This document shows positions 40,182-50,427 of a stretch of 64,000 nucleotides of DNA, one piece after another; within the stretch, counting starts at the first letter, position 1, and every line of letters begins with the position of its first letter. Source of the stretch: an uncultured Lentisphaerales bacterium (GTDB lineage: Bacteria > Verrucomicrobiota > Lentisphaeria > JABSQK01 > UBA12247); assembly GCA_943788985.1 (NCBI GenBank), contig CALSSJ010000015.1, positions 95,098 through 159,097 of the forward strand. The letters run 5' to 3'. A program made the position numbers and the translations under genes. A model generated the notes under the pieces. That model searched no databases. It was not told where the DNA came from and worked only from the letters and a program-made list of their open reading frames with translations.

Positions 40182-40930
40182 TTGGGCTCTGCCGGCGGCT
40201 GCTTGGGGTTTGCCGGCTTGCTGCCCAGGGCAGCCACCTCAGCCGCGGTCAATTCGCGCCATTCCCCGGTATCAAGTTCGCCCAGCTCTAAGTTGCCGAT
40301 CGCGACGCGAAGGAGTTCCTTTACGCGACCGCCGCAGAAGCGGATCAATCTTCGAACTTCGCGTTTATGCCCCTGCGTCAGCGTCATCTGCAGTTCGCAA
40401 CTGTCACCCATGTTGCGGAGCATCCGCACTTCCTTGGCTTGGAGAATATCGCCTTCGTCTTCGATGCCGTCGGTCATGACCTCGAGATCGCGATCTTCAA
40501 ACTCGCCGCGCACCCTCAGCCAATAGACCTTCTCGACTTGATACTTGGGATGCGTGATACGTTGCGCCCAGGCGCCGTCGTTCGTAAACAGGATCAGCCC
40601 TTCGCTATCTCGGTCGAGTCGCCCCACGGAGAACAGTCTGCCGTATTTCTCCGGCAGCAACTCGAGGGCCAGTTGGCCGGCATGCTCATCGGCAGCCGTG
40701 CACGTGTAGCCCTTCGGCTTATTGAGAGCCAGATAGACTGACTGGCCTTGGCTCGCAGGCTGGCCATCGACAAGCACTTCATCACGCTCCGGATCCACCC
40801 GAAAGGGCAGCTCCTGAATCACCGTGCCATTCACGGTCACGCGCCCGCTGGAAATGATCTCTTGAGACGCTCTGCGCGATGCCACCCCACACTTGGCCAG
40901 ATAACTGGCGAGGACAATGCCGCCTGCCAT
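40154..40930 (-). CDS. rRNA pseudouridine synthase (RsuA/RluB family)
   Basis: S4 domain GVASRR, LNKPKG, VGRLDRDSEGL. Confidence 0.92.
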   Translation of the reverse strand: MAGGIVLASYLAKCGVASRRASQEIISSGRVTVNGTVIQELPFRVDPERDEVLVDGQPASQGQSVYLALNKPKGYTCTAADEHAGQLALELLPEKYGRLFSVGRLDRDSEGLILFTNDGAWAQRITHPKYQVEKVYWLRVRGEFEDRDLEVMTDGIEDEGDILQAKEVRMLRNMGDSCELQMTLTQGHKREVRRLIRFCGGRVKELLRVAIGNLELGELDTGEWRELTAAEVAALGSKPANPKQPPAEPNQSSISSPG

Positions 40931-40934
40931 CGGG

Positions 40935-42662
40935 CTATTGGATGGAGCGCAGTCGCGCTCGCAGATCTGCTGCAATTGGCAGCGTTTTGTCGCTCAGGCG
41001 GTGCTCGATATTCATAAATGCCACAGCGTTGGCCTGAAAAAACTCTGCGTAGTAGGCGGCCAGCCGATCGTCGAGAAAGGCAACCTGATAAGAGTGCTGG
41101 TAGCCAGCCGCAGGATAGGTCGTGCCGGGCATAAACCAATCGGTGCCGTAGATCAGTTTCCTGCCAAAGTCATAAAGCTGTTCGTTCTTGTGCGAGAACT
41201 CGACGAGGAGCGATAGTCTGTTGATGAAGCCTATACGCTTGATCGGGTCCGCAATTTCCGGGTGCATGCCGAGTTGGCAGTAGACGTTCGGGTAGTTGGT
41301 GCACAGCGCATACACGCCCTGGCCCCACTCATCCTCGCCGCCGCGGCCAAACCAGAACTTACGGCCGCCAGCCTGCCCCAAGCACAGACGCAGTGGAGAC
41401 GGCTTGCCCAGTTCGGCTGAGCGCTCGGCTAGATAATGTGCCCACCATTGCGGATGAGCCATGTCTTCGCCATAGCCAGCGCGTGCTTCCCACTCTTCGT
41501 CCGGAGCGCAGGGCGCGTAAACAGGAACCTGATTCTCTTCGCACCACACCAGCAAATCACGCAGCAGTTGGTCGAGTTTCTCGCCCGTGATTCCACCGTA
41601 GCGCGCCTCCCATTGCCGCCGGGGATGACGGCTGACCAGGCTGAGCGGGGGATGGGGGATGACGTTACAGGCCGGACGATAGCCGGAGAGCGGAAACAGG
41701 CTCACGCCGTACGCGCCGTGATCCGTGATCGCGCGCTGGACGATCCGTAGTGCGTCTCCGTGCACGGCTCGTCCGCCACGCCAGTGATCGCGAAACGGAT
41801 TGTAGCCTACGAAATATACGGACTTCGCATCTGGCACGGCCTGGAAGCGGGCGACCCGCTTGAGCAGTTCGCCTTCATAATCGATCAGCCGTCGATCTGG
41901 ATCCCAGCCGATTCGGCCAGCTTTCTGGTCATACACCGGCGCGAAATCTACCAGATGGTTCACTACTAGATCTACGTCCGGGTAGGCGGTCTGGTACCAG
42001 CGATGAATGTCTCCGTCTGAAGAAAGTAGTACCGCCATGATGCCCTTGGCGGCGTCTCCCTCTGGGCTAAACCCTAGGAGTTTCAGGCCCCAAATGAGCC
42101 CCTTGTGCTCTTCTTCGGTCAGTTGCGCCATGGCCAGTTCGAGCGCCTGCTTTCTGGCTTGATGCGCCTGGACCGTGGGCGCGAAGGCCACGTTCTCGAT
42201 CTTGCTGCTGCCAAGCGCCGATTCATAGCGCCCGAGAATGCGCGTCAGGGCGCACACAGCCGGATGATTCGACAGGCGCTTGTGCGACAACTCTTCGGCG
42301 CGTGCGACCTGCTCGACAATGGCGCTGAAATGCTCCTCGGCATCAATCAGGTCGTACGGCGCGAAGCCTGGCTCGGACAACCGTGCTCGTTCTGCAATCA
42401 CCCGCGCTACGGGCTGCGCCGTGCGGCTGTTCACCAGCGACGAAATCACATTCATGTTCTTCTTGCCCAACACAATACCTTCCAGCGGTATCGCCTTGGC
42501 ATTGAAGGTGTGGGCGTGGATATCGACAATCTTGACCTGCTTGAGGGCAGGGTGGTTTTTCAACAGGCTGCTTACTTGGTCAGGGCCAGGAGGCACCGGC
42601 TTTTCTCGGGCCCAAGCTGGCATGAGACAGGTGAAAATAATCAATAAACAGATCGCACGCAT
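40935..42662 (-). CDS. Secreted amidohydrolase-family protein
   Basis: Signal peptide, DIHAHTFN, YPNVY, LIYGTDWFM. Confidence 0.7.
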   Translation of the reverse strand: MRAICLLIIFTCLMPAWAREKPVPPGPDQVSSLLKNHPALKQVKIVDIHAHTFNAKAIPLEGIVLGKKNMNVISSLVNSRTAQPVARVIAERARLSEPGFAPYDLIDAEEHFSAIVEQVARAEELSHKRLSNHPAVCALTRILGRYESALGSSKIENVAFAPTVQAHQARKQALELAMAQLTEEEHKGLIWGLKLLGFSPEGDAAKGIMAVLLSSDGDIHRWYQTAYPDVDLVVNHLVDFAPVYDQKAGRIGWDPDRRLIDYEGELLKRVARFQAVPDAKSVYFVGYNPFRDHWRGGRAVHGDALRIVQRAITDHGAYGVSLFPLSGYRPACNVIPHPPLSLVSRHPRRQWEARYGGITGEKLDQLLRDLLVWCEENQVPVYAPCAPDEEWEARAGYGEDMAHPQWWAHYLAERSAELGKPSPLRLCLGQAGGRKFWFGRGGEDEWGQGVYALCTNYPNVYCQLGMHPEIADPIKRIGFINRLSLLVEFSHKNEQLYDFGRKLIYGTDWFMPGTTYPAAGYQHSYQVAFLDDRLAAYYAEFFQANAVAFMNIEHRLSDKTLPIAADLRARLRSIQ

Positions 42663-42714
42663 AACACTCTCCAAACCACGTCTTAAAGGCAAGTAAGCTC
42701 ATACCATACCACGT

Positions 42715-43632
42715 TCACTTCCTGCCAGCAACGCAGGTCCCGACGCGAACCTTCCCAGTCACTGGCGGGCGACCGGCCGTGATCACCATTACAGGGCCGC
42801 AATCGGTCTCGAGCCAGAGCTCAAAGCGGCTGCCGATTTGCCGCATCTCACGAACCGTCAGGCCGTCGTCCGCTGCTGTGATGGTCAGTTCCTCCGGCCG
42901 GTACAGGCCGCGGTGGTCCTCGATCTCCAGCGCTGCGCGAGCTTCTGCTGGCAGGCTGGTGCAAGGGCCCAGCAGGCACGCAGCGTCCAGATTGGCTGGA
43001 TTTTGGTACAGTTCGAGTGGGGGAGCGGATCCCACCACCGCCCCTTGCAGGAGGCAGATTGCGAAGTCCGCAAAGCCAAAAACTTCGTCTGCGCGGTGGG
43101 TCGAGAAGATGATGTGTCCCTGGCGCTTCTCCCGCCAGCGCACGAGCAGTTCCCAGCAGCGGTTGGCCGTCGCGCTGTCTGTGCTCGAAAACGGCTCATC
43201 CAGAACCAGCACATCCGGATCGGCCGCAACCGCACGGGCAGTCGCCAGTCGCGCAGCCTGTCCGAGCGACAGCCGCTCAGGGATTGTGTGTGCGAACTCC
43301 GCAAGGCCAAAGCCTGCCAGCAACTCCTGTGCCTGCGCGCGATCGGGCGCGGGCATGACGTACAAAAGGTGATCGATCGCGCTAATCCCCGGCCAACTAC
43401 CCTGATCCTGCGGCATCCAGAATATGCGATTTCCACACCAGTCGACCGTTCCCGACCGCGGCCGCTCGAATCCGACCAGTAGGCTCAGGAGTGTGCTCTT
43501 TCCCGCGCCAGACTCTCCGATCACAGCCGTGACACCCGGCGGAAACTCGAGTGTGGTTGGGAACAGGCGATCGCGAATTTCGAGGCCCGCAACGCGACAG
43601 ATTGGGGGCATTAACAATCTGTCGATGTACAC
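42715..43632 (-). CDS. ABC transporter ATP-binding protein
   Basis: GESGAGKST, LSLGQ, VLDEPFS, STH. Confidence 0.88.
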   Translation of the reverse strand: MYIDRLLMPPICRVAGLEIRDRLFPTTLEFPPGVTAVIGESGAGKSTLLSLLVGFERPRSGTVDWCGNRIFWMPQDQGSWPGISAIDHLLYVMPAPDRAQAQELLAGFGLAEFAHTIPERLSLGQAARLATARAVAADPDVLVLDEPFSSTDSATANRCWELLVRWREKRQGHIIFSTHRADEVFGFADFAICLLQGAVVGSAPPLELYQNPANLDAACLLGPCTSLPAEARAALEIEDHRGLYRPEELTITAADDGLTVREMRQIGSRFELWLETDCGPVMVITAGRPPVTGKVRVGTCVAGRK

Positions 43633-43775
43633 CCGCCGTCGCGAGAGTGAGCCGTTCTTGGGCGGGCGCCAAGCAGGTGCCGCAAAACTTTCACGATGGC
43701 TAAGGCGTGTGTAGTCTGGTTTGTCAGGCGCTCAGAACGGCCGCTCGGAGTAGGTGCGAATTTATCCACGGGTCG

Positions 43776-44156
43776 TTAGAACGGGAGGTTGTCGTCCGAA
43801 ATCTCGGTTTCTTGCGCAGCAGGCATTGCTGGCGGTGGGGGCATTTCACCCGGTGCGCCCGGAGTAGCAGCAGCTTGCCCGTCTTCAATTCGCCAGGCGT
43901 TCAGCGACACGAAGTACTTCACCTCACCAGACGGACTCGTCCACTTGCGGCCACGCAAGTCAAAATGTACCACCACGTTTTGGCCCGGCTGAAAGCCGTC
44001 AATCTGATCGCAGCGATCCTGCGTCAGCTCAAACTTCAGAAACTCCGGGTATTGTGGATTTCGGGGGACATGTTCCACGACAAACTCGCGTTTGCGAAAG
44101 CTCTCGCTGATCTGAACTGGGGCCATTACTTCCAGCAACTTGCCGTTGATATCCAT
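43776..44156 (-). CDS. DUF3127 family OB-fold protein with SSB-like tail
   Basis: FRKREFVV, FDLRGRKW, YFVSLNAWRI, C-terminal DDNLPF. Confidence 0.88.
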   Translation of the reverse strand: MDINGKLLEVMAPVQISESFRKREFVVEHVPRNPQYPEFLKFELTQDRCDQIDGFQPGQNVVVHFDLRGRKWTSPSGEVKYFVSLNAWRIEDGQAAATPGAPGEMPPPPAMPAAQETEISDDNLPF

Positions 44157-44388
44157 CTGATGCCTCTTGAGAAAAAATGAGATTGCTCCTAGTTAAGCAT
44201 CGAATGTAAACAAGCCCGTCGCATCTGCCACAGAGGCGCCGGGCCGGAACTTCTTTGGCTGTCCCGTTTTGCTCTACGTCTTGCAATGTCCGTGCCGACG
44301 CGTAACGTACTCGCTTTTCTTTCGCGCTATTGATCTGCGAAGACGAAAGAGTAACCTGCCTTCCGACTGACATCACCCTCGCGTGTTG

Positions 44389-44446
44389 TGGAATTCGGAC
44401 GGTATAAGCACCTGAATCCGTTTCGGATGTTTATACCGCAATTCCA
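44389..44446 (+). promoter_or_regulatory. Long stem-loop in the pnp leader
   Basis: TGGAATT/AATTCCA outer stem and CGGTATAAGCA/TGTTTATACCG inner stem, ending 54 bp before the ATG. Confidence 0.6.
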
Positions 44447-44499
44447 TGGGCCTGATTTGACGTTACAGTCTGGGCAAAAGTACAAAACAGAGGTAATGA

Positions 44500-46953
44500 A
44501 TGCCTATTCATTCTGTAACCGTTGATCTCGGACACACGTCCATTGAGATCGAGACCGGAAAAATGGCCTTATTGGCTGGAGGCTCTGCTACAGTTCGGCA
44601 GGGAGAAACAATCATCATGGCGGCAGCCTGTTCAGCTGACCCGCGTCCGGGCCTGGACTTCTTTCCGCTGCAGGTCGATTACCGTGAGAAGTTCAGCGCT
44701 GCTGGTCGCCTTCCTGGTGGCTACTTCAAGCGCGAGGGACGTCCTTCCGAGAAAGAAATCCTCACGTCCCGCATGACCGATCGCCCGCTGCGTCCGTTGT
44801 TTGCCAAGGGCTTCATCGATGACGTGCAGATTCAGTCGCTGCTGCTCAGCACCGACGGGGATAACGAGCCGGACGTACTGTCCATGCTCGGCGCTTCCGT
44901 CGCACTGGTCATTTCCGACATTCCTTTCCAAGGCCCAATCGGCGCACTGCGTGTTGGCTATGTGGATGGCGAGTACATCGCTAACCCCACGCACGCCCAA
45001 CGCAAAGACTCCACCCTTGACTTGGTTTACGCTGGTATCCCCGGCAAGACCATCATGATCGAAGGCGATGCCCAAGAAGTCAGCGAAGAGGTTCTGCGTG
45101 ACGCATGCGGATTTGCCGACACCATTGTTCGCAGGCAGGTCGATGCACAGCTCGAGCTGGCCAAGGTCGCTGGGAAGGAGAAGTACACACCCAAACTGGC
45201 TCTGGTTCCGGAAGTGATCACGACCGCAGTTGCGGAGTTCGCAACCGAGAAGATGCAGGAAGCCTGCCAGATCCACGCCAAGAACGACCGCTATGCTCGC
45301 GTTGGGGAGATTTCCGGGGAAGCCACTGAGGCCCTCTCCGAATCCCTGAGCGCGGAGTTTGGCGCCGAAACCGCCGGCTGGATAAAGAAGGCCATGTACG
45401 AGCTTGAGACCACGGTCATCCGCCGTCTCCTCCTCGACGAAGGCAAACGATCCGATGGCCGTGCGCCAGAAGATCTGCGTGACCTGACCAGCGAAGCAAG
45501 CGTTCTGCCCCGCACACATGGCAGCGCACTGTTCAGCCGCGGCGAAACACAGGCGCTGGTGATCACCACGCTTGGCAGCGAAAAAGGTGCGATGGATCTC
45601 GACGGAATCACCGGTGGTGAGACTAAGCGTTCCTTCTACCTGCACTACAACTTCCCGAACTTCAGCGTCGGTGAGACTGGCCGCATCATGGGCCCAGGTC
45701 GTCGCGAAGTTGGGCATGGTTCTCTTGCAGAGCGTTCCCTCGCTCAGGTCATCCCGAAGGATTATCCTTATACAGTACGTTGCGTGTCTGAGGTTATGGG
45801 CTCGAATGGCTCCACCTCCATGGCATCCGTCTGTGGCGCTTCACTTTCCATGCTCGACGCGGGCGTGCCGCTGAAGAGCCCAGTGGCTGGCATCTCTGTC
45901 GGTCTGGTGCAAGAAGGCGACCGCGAAGTTTTGCTTACGGACATCCTTGGCAGTGAAGATCACCATGGTGACATGGACTTCAAACTTGCTGGTACCCGCG
46001 ACGGCATCACTGCTTTCCAGCTGGACCTGAAAACTCCAGGCATCACGCTGGAATTGATGTATACCTCGATGCAGCAGAACAAGATCGCCCGGGACAAGAT
46101 CTTGGACGCGATGGATACCTGTCTCTCCGCACCACGCGAAGAGATCAGCAAGCACGCACCACGCATGCACGTCCTCCAGATCAATCCTGAGAAGATCGGC
46201 GCGCTGATTGGTCCAGGCGGAAAAATCATCAAGGGCCTCTGCGAAACCCACGGTGTCGAGATTGACATCCAAGATGATGGCAAGGTCACCATTTTCGCCA
46301 CCAACGGCGAATCCATGGAAGATGGCGTCAAGGGCGTCGAAGAGATTGTCTCCGAAGTCGAAGTTGGCGCCATCTACGACGGTGTTGTCAAGTCCATCAA
46401 AGAGTTCGGCGCATTCGTCGAAGTACTTCCTGGCCAAGACGGTCTGCTGCACATCTCCGAGTTGGCCAACCACCGCGTCCGCGACGTTGAGGACATCCTC
46501 AGCGTTGGCGATACGGTCAAGGTTAAAGTGCTTGATGTTGACGAGCGTGGGCGCATGCGCCTGAGCCGTCGCGCTCTGCTTGAAGGTAGCGAGGAGTCGG
46601 ATGGTGGCGGCGATCGTGAGCCACGCCGGCCTAAGCCTCCCGCAGTGAAGCTGGAAGTTGGCAAGATTTACGAAGGCACCGTCAAGACCATTAAGGACTT
46701 CGGCGCATTTGTGGAGGTGGCTCCTGGCCGCGATGGGTTGCTGCACATCAGCGAGCTCGCCGACGAGAAGGTCCGCCGCGTAAGTGACATTGTCCAAGTG
46801 GGCGAAGTCGTTCCGGTCAAGCTGCTCGAGATTGACGATCGTGATCGTCTGCGTCTCAGCCGCCGGGCTGCACTCGCCGAATTGGGAGATTCATCCGATA
46901 AGTTTGACGATGATGACGACGATGACGACGAATTCTACGACGACGACTATTAA
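44500..46953 (+). CDS. pnp: Polyribonucleotide nucleotidyltransferase with two S1 domains
   Basis: [50 protein letters not shown] domain, two FGAFVEV S1 copies. Confidence 0.97.
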   Translation: MPIHSVTVDLGHTSIEIETGKMALLAGGSATVRQGETIIMAAACSADPRPGLDFFPLQVDYREKFSAAGRLPGGYFKREGRPSEKEILTSRMTDRPLRPLFAKGFIDDVQIQSLLLSTDGDNEPDVLSMLGASVALVISDIPFQGPIGALRVGYVDGEYIANPTHAQRKDSTLDLVYAGIPGKTIMIEGDAQEVSEEVLRDACGFADTIVRRQVDAQLELAKVAGKEKYTPKLALVPEVITTAVAEFATEKMQEACQIHAKNDRYARVGEISGEATEALSESLSAEFGAETAGWIKKAMYELETTVIRRLLLDEGKRSDGRAPEDLRDLTSEASVLPRTHGSALFSRGETQALVITTLGSEKGAMDLDGITGGETKRSFYLHYNFPNFSVGETGRIMGPGRREVGHGSLAERSLAQVIPKDYPYTVRCVSEVMGSNGSTSMASVCGASLSMLDAGVPLKSPVAGISVGLVQEGDREVLLTDILGSEDHHGDMDFKLAGTRDGITAFQLDLKTPGITLELMYTSMQQNKIARDKILDAMDTCLSAPREEISKHAPRMHVLQINPEKIGALIGPGGKIIKGLCETHGVEIDIQDDGKVTIFATNGESMEDGVKGVEEIVSEVEVGAIYDGVVKSIKEFGAFVEVLPGQDGLLHISELANHRVRDVEDILSVGDTVKVKVLDVDERGRMRLSRRALLEGSEESDGGGDREPRRPKPPAVKLEVGKIYEGTVKTIKDFGAFVEVAPGRDGLLHISELADEKVRRVSDIVQVGEVVPVKLLEIDDRDRLRLSRRAALAELGDSSDKFDDDDDDDDEFYDDDY

Positions 46954-46976
46954 TCCATCGAACGAGGAGTCTTGAG

Positions 46977-47180
46977 ATGAAAGCTGATATTCATCCAGAA
47001 CTGCACAAGACGACGATCACCTGTACCGGGTGTCAGACGGCTTACCAGGTGCGCACCACGCGCACGGATACCAAGGTCGCGATTTGCGCGTCCTGTCATC
47101 CGTTCTTCACGGGTCAGCAGAAGTTTGTTGATACCGAAGGCCGCGTAGACCGCTTCCGCCGTCGCTACCAGCAAGGCTAG
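46977..47180 (+). CDS. rpmE: 50S ribosomal protein L31 (Zn-binding type)
   Basis: MKADIHP, CTGC, CASCHPFFTG, GRVDRF. Confidence 0.96.
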   Translation: MKADIHPELHKTTITCTGCQTAYQVRTTRTDTKVAICASCHPFFTGQQKFVDTEGRVDRFRRRYQQG

Positions 47181-47205
47181 GCGACGCGCTACCTTGCGCC
47201 ACAAG

Positions 47206-47259
47206 AAGGCCTGTTTTCTTCCCCAGTTTCGCTGCGGGAGGACAATGGGCCTTTTTGTT
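47206..47259 (+). terminator. Possible intrinsic terminator after rpmE
   Basis: Imperfect stem AGGCC...GGCCT followed by TTTTGTT. Confidence 0.4.
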
Positions 47260-47346
47260 GGTGTGCGAGCCGTCGAACTTTTCAGTTGGCGCGCTATCAT
47301 ACCGAAGTCGGCCAGTCGGCCAATTTGCTAGAACAGGAACCACGTC

Positions 47347-47922
47347 ATGGAAGAAGAAGAGAAAAGCGAGCGCAATGTCGCAGACCCTATTTCTCGCAAG
47401 CTGTTTGAGAACCGTACGATTCTAATCAGCGGCGGAATCGACCATAAAATCTCCGAGCGTGTCGTCTCGCAATTGCTAGCGATGGCAATTGACTCTGATG
47501 ACGATATCCACCTCTATGTGAACTCGCCAGGCGGGCACGTGGAGTCTGCGGACTCGATTTTTGACATCATCAATTTCGTCAAGCCCCGCGTAATTATTAT
47601 CGGGACTGGTTGGGTTGCCAGCGCTGGCGCTCACATCTTTTTGAGTGTGCCGCTCAAAGATCGCTACTGCCTGACCAACACCCGGTTTCTGCTGCATCAG
47701 CCCAGCGGCGGTGTCGGCGGCCGTGCCTCCGATGTCCAGATCGAAGCAGAAGAAATTCTGCGGATGCGGATGCGTCTGAACATGATCATCGCGCGCCAGA
47801 CCGGCCAGGCACTGGAGAAGGTCGAGACAGACACCGATCATGACTTCTGGATGTCTGCAGAGGAAGCCAAGGACTATGGCATCGTCGGTAAGATCATCGA
47901 ACGGATCGACGAAGTCAAATAA
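47347..47922 (+). CDS. clpP: ATP-dependent Clp protease proteolytic subunit
   Basis: YVNSPGG, VASAG, LLHQPSGG, DHDFWMSAEEAKDYG. Confidence 0.95.
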   Translation: MEEEEKSERNVADPISRKLFENRTILISGGIDHKISERVVSQLLAMAIDSDDDIHLYVNSPGGHVESADSIFDIINFVKPRVIIIGTGWVASAGAHIFLSVPLKDRYCLTNTRFLLHQPSGGVGGRASDVQIEAEEILRMRMRLNMIIARQTGQALEKVETDTDHDFWMSAEEAKDYGIVGKIIERIDEVK

Positions 47923-47930
47923 CGGCCAGC

Positions 47931-49463
47931 ATGGCACGCGGACGCAGCATCATTGGGTCCTTGCCAACGGACGGAAATCCGCAGGCGCCGCAGCCTCCTG
48001 CTGACCCGGAGCCTAAGCAGGGCGCCAAGGCGCAGAAGGGAAAGTCTACTAGCATCATCGGCTCGCTGCCGACTGCTGGTGGCGGTCCCGCGGCGCCTAC
48101 GCCAGCAGCCGAAGCGCCAGCACCGGCTCCCTTGCCGCCAGCACCGTCTCCACTGGCACCGGCCCCCGCGGCTTCCAAGCCCAAGGGGCGGAAGAGGAAG
48201 AGCGACAGCTTGATCGGAGATCTGCCCGGAGACCAGGCTTCGCCGTCGACTCCGGCCCAGGCGCAGCCCGCCGCGCAGACCAAGAAGCCAAAGGCAGCCA
48301 AAAGCGGCAGCCTGATCGGGTCCTTACCGGAGCCGCAAGAGGCAAAGCCCCCGCCAGCCCCAGCACCTGTACCCTTGCCTGCTGCGCAGACCCAGCCGCC
48401 GACCGCCCCGAAAGGCAGCAGTTTGATCGGATCCCTACCCGTGCCGCAAGGGATACCGGCTCCACCAGCTGCCGCCCCGCCCACGACAGTTTCGGCAGCA
48501 GAGCGGACAGAGGTCGAGAATCAGGCCGCATACGTGCCGATGCCTGCGGACATCGCACCAGAGCCGACGCCACATCGCTCAGCTGATCCCGCGTCCAGCA
48601 GTATCATTGGTGCACTTGTTGAGCGCGCGGCCCCTTCGCCCAATGATACCGGGACTTTCGCCGGGCTTCCCACTGCTGAGAGGGCCACGGTGCACGAACA
48701 CCATGACAGCGCGCGCGGCTTCCGTCTGATCGTCCGCAAGCGCAACGATGGGCCCAGGCCGCAGAGAGCAGTTCATTCTTTTACCTATCGGCAGGATCTG
48801 CGCGTGGGTGGAATGACGGACTGCGACGTCTACCTCCCCGAGGCAACTGGAGCTGTCACCTTGGGCGTAGGCCCAGGATCGATCGCCTTGGTCAAAATCG
48901 ATGCCCCTGCAGGAATCTTGCTCAACGGTCACCAGCCATTGGCGCTGCCAGCCCCGCTCAAGAACGGCGATGAGCTGATCTGGGGTGCCTACAGCGTTCG
49001 GCTCGCCATCCAGCTGCAACAGGTCGACGGTGAGAACCGCTCGCGCAGCCTGGTCGGTCGGCTCACCGTATTGTTGGTGTGCGCCGCCTTGGCCTGGCAG
49101 TTTGCGATGGTCGGCGGCTTGACTTGGGTCATCTTCGACAGAATGGAGTTGGGGCACGAAATCGCCCGCGCGCGCCTGGTGCACCGCATTGACGACATCA
49201 AGGGAAAGATCGCGACCAGCGAGCTTGACCAGGAAGATGTGCGGCAAGCCATGCTGCTAGAAGCCATGCGCGGAGAACTCAAGCATATAACCGGTTACCT
49301 GCGCGAGTATCGCTCCGATCTTAGTGATCGGCAGGTGGCGGACTTTAATCGCCAGCTCGCCGGTCTGCAGACCGTGCTCGAGGATCTAGACGCTGACACC
49401 TTTGGCTACCTCCCCGCCGTTCAGGCGCGGCCCTATTTGGAGCGGTTGTTACGCAGTGAATAA
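47931..49463 (+). CDS. Hypothetical membrane protein: Pro/Ala-rich tail with repeated S[IL]IG[SD]LP motifs, FHA-like domain, TM, helical C-terminus
   Basis: Five near-exact motif copies plus SIIGALV; LRVGGMTDCDVYL...LLNG...LKNGDELIWGAY; one long hydrophobic segment. Confidence 0.65.
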   Translation: MARGRSIIGSLPTDGNPQAPQPPADPEPKQGAKAQKGKSTSIIGSLPTAGGGPAAPTPAAEAPAPAPLPPAPSPLAPAPAASKPKGRKRKSDSLIGDLPGDQASPSTPAQAQPAAQTKKPKAAKSGSLIGSLPEPQEAKPPPAPAPVPLPAAQTQPPTAPKGSSLIGSLPVPQGIPAPPAAAPPTTVSAAERTEVENQAAYVPMPADIAPEPTPHRSADPASSSIIGALVERAAPSPNDTGTFAGLPTAERATVHEHHDSARGFRLIVRKRNDGPRPQRAVHSFTYRQDLRVGGMTDCDVYLPEATGAVTLGVGPGSIALVKIDAPAGILLNGHQPLALPAPLKNGDELIWGAYSVRLAIQLQQVDGENRSRSLVGRLTVLLVCAALAWQFAMVGGLTWVIFDRMELGHEIARARLVHRIDDIKGKIATSELDQEDVRQAMLLEAMRGELKHITGYLREYRSDLSDRQVADFNRQLAGLQTVLEDLDADTFGYLPAVQARPYLERLLRSE

Positions 49464-50427
49464 TCTCGAGATTCTCGGGCAGGTTTCCCAGCGGCACATC
49501 GCCGTTATCGGGGACATGATGGTGGACCGCTACATTTGGGGGAAAACCTCACGCATCAGCGAAGAAGCGCCCGTTCCCGTCGTCCAAGTTCAGTCGCGCA
49601 GCGAGACGCTCGGCGGCGCGGCCAATGTCTTGCGCAATCTCGCCTGTCTGGGCGCTCGCACCTCAGCATTTGGGGCCGTAGGCCAGGATCCGGGCGGGGA
49701 CTCATTTGCCGCGCTGTGCGCCGAGGATGGTATCGACACCCGTGGCATCGTGATCACCCCTGAGCGCCCGACCACGCGCAAGTCACGCGTCGTCTGTGGT
49801 CGCCAGCAAATGCTGCGGCTGGATGACGAGGTCACCAGCGCCATCGCCGTCGAGACCACGGCTGAGATCTGCGCACGATTCGAAGCGCTCCTTGCCGAAG
49901 ATCCGCCCGACGCGGTGATCATCGAAGATTACTGCAAGGGCTGCGTGAGCCAGGAACTGGCTGGTCACGTGGTCGCGATTGCGAACTCCGCAGGCATCGC
50001 TGTGGCGCTGGACCCGCATCCGGGAAACCGGCTGTGGGTCCGAGACCTAGTGTTGCTCAAACCCAACTGTGCCGAGGCCTACGCTATGGCGAACTTGCCG
50101 GCTGAAGCGCCGCTGGAGGCTGTCGTGCAGACGCTGCTCGAGCGCTGGCAGGCCAAGAATCTCTTGATCACCCTAGGCCGTCGCGGCATGGCCCTGGCCC
50201 AAGAGGACGGCACGCTTGCATACATCGCCACTGCGCCGCGGGAAGTGTTCGATGTCTCCGGGGCTGGAGATACCTCGATCGCTACGTTTGTGGCTTGCCT
50301 CGCCTCGGGTGCCTCGCCGTTGCAGGCTGCGAACATCGCAAACGAAGCCGGTGGCGTGGTCGTCACCCACGTAGGCACGGTACCGATCACGCTTTGCGAA
50401 CTCCGCAATGCCCTTGCCGTCAGTTAG
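49456..50427 (+). CDS. rfaE1: D-glycero-beta-D-manno-heptose-7-phosphate kinase (HldE/RfaE domain I)
   Basis: GDMMVDRY, RISEEAPVPV, GGAANV, DYCKG, VFDVSGAGDT. Confidence 0.9.
   Translation: MNNLEILGQVSQRHIAVIGDMMVDRYIWGKTSRISEEAPVPVVQVQSRSETLGGAANVLRNLACLGARTSAFGAVGQDPGGDSFAALCAEDGIDTRGIVITPERPTTRKSRVVCGRQQMLRLDDEVTSAIAVETTAEICARFEALLAEDPPDAVIIEDYCKGCVSQELAGHVVAIANSAGIAVALDPHPGNRLWVRDLVLLKPNCAEAYAMANLPAEAPLEAVVQTLLERWQAKNLLITLGRRGMALAQEDGTLAYIATAPREVFDVSGAGDTSIATFVACLASGASPLQAANIANEAGGVVVTHVGTVPITLCELRNALAVS

Noticed and set aside
46905..46950. GAC/GAT trinucleotide run as a separate repeat element
   Set aside because: It simply encodes the acidic PNPase tail.
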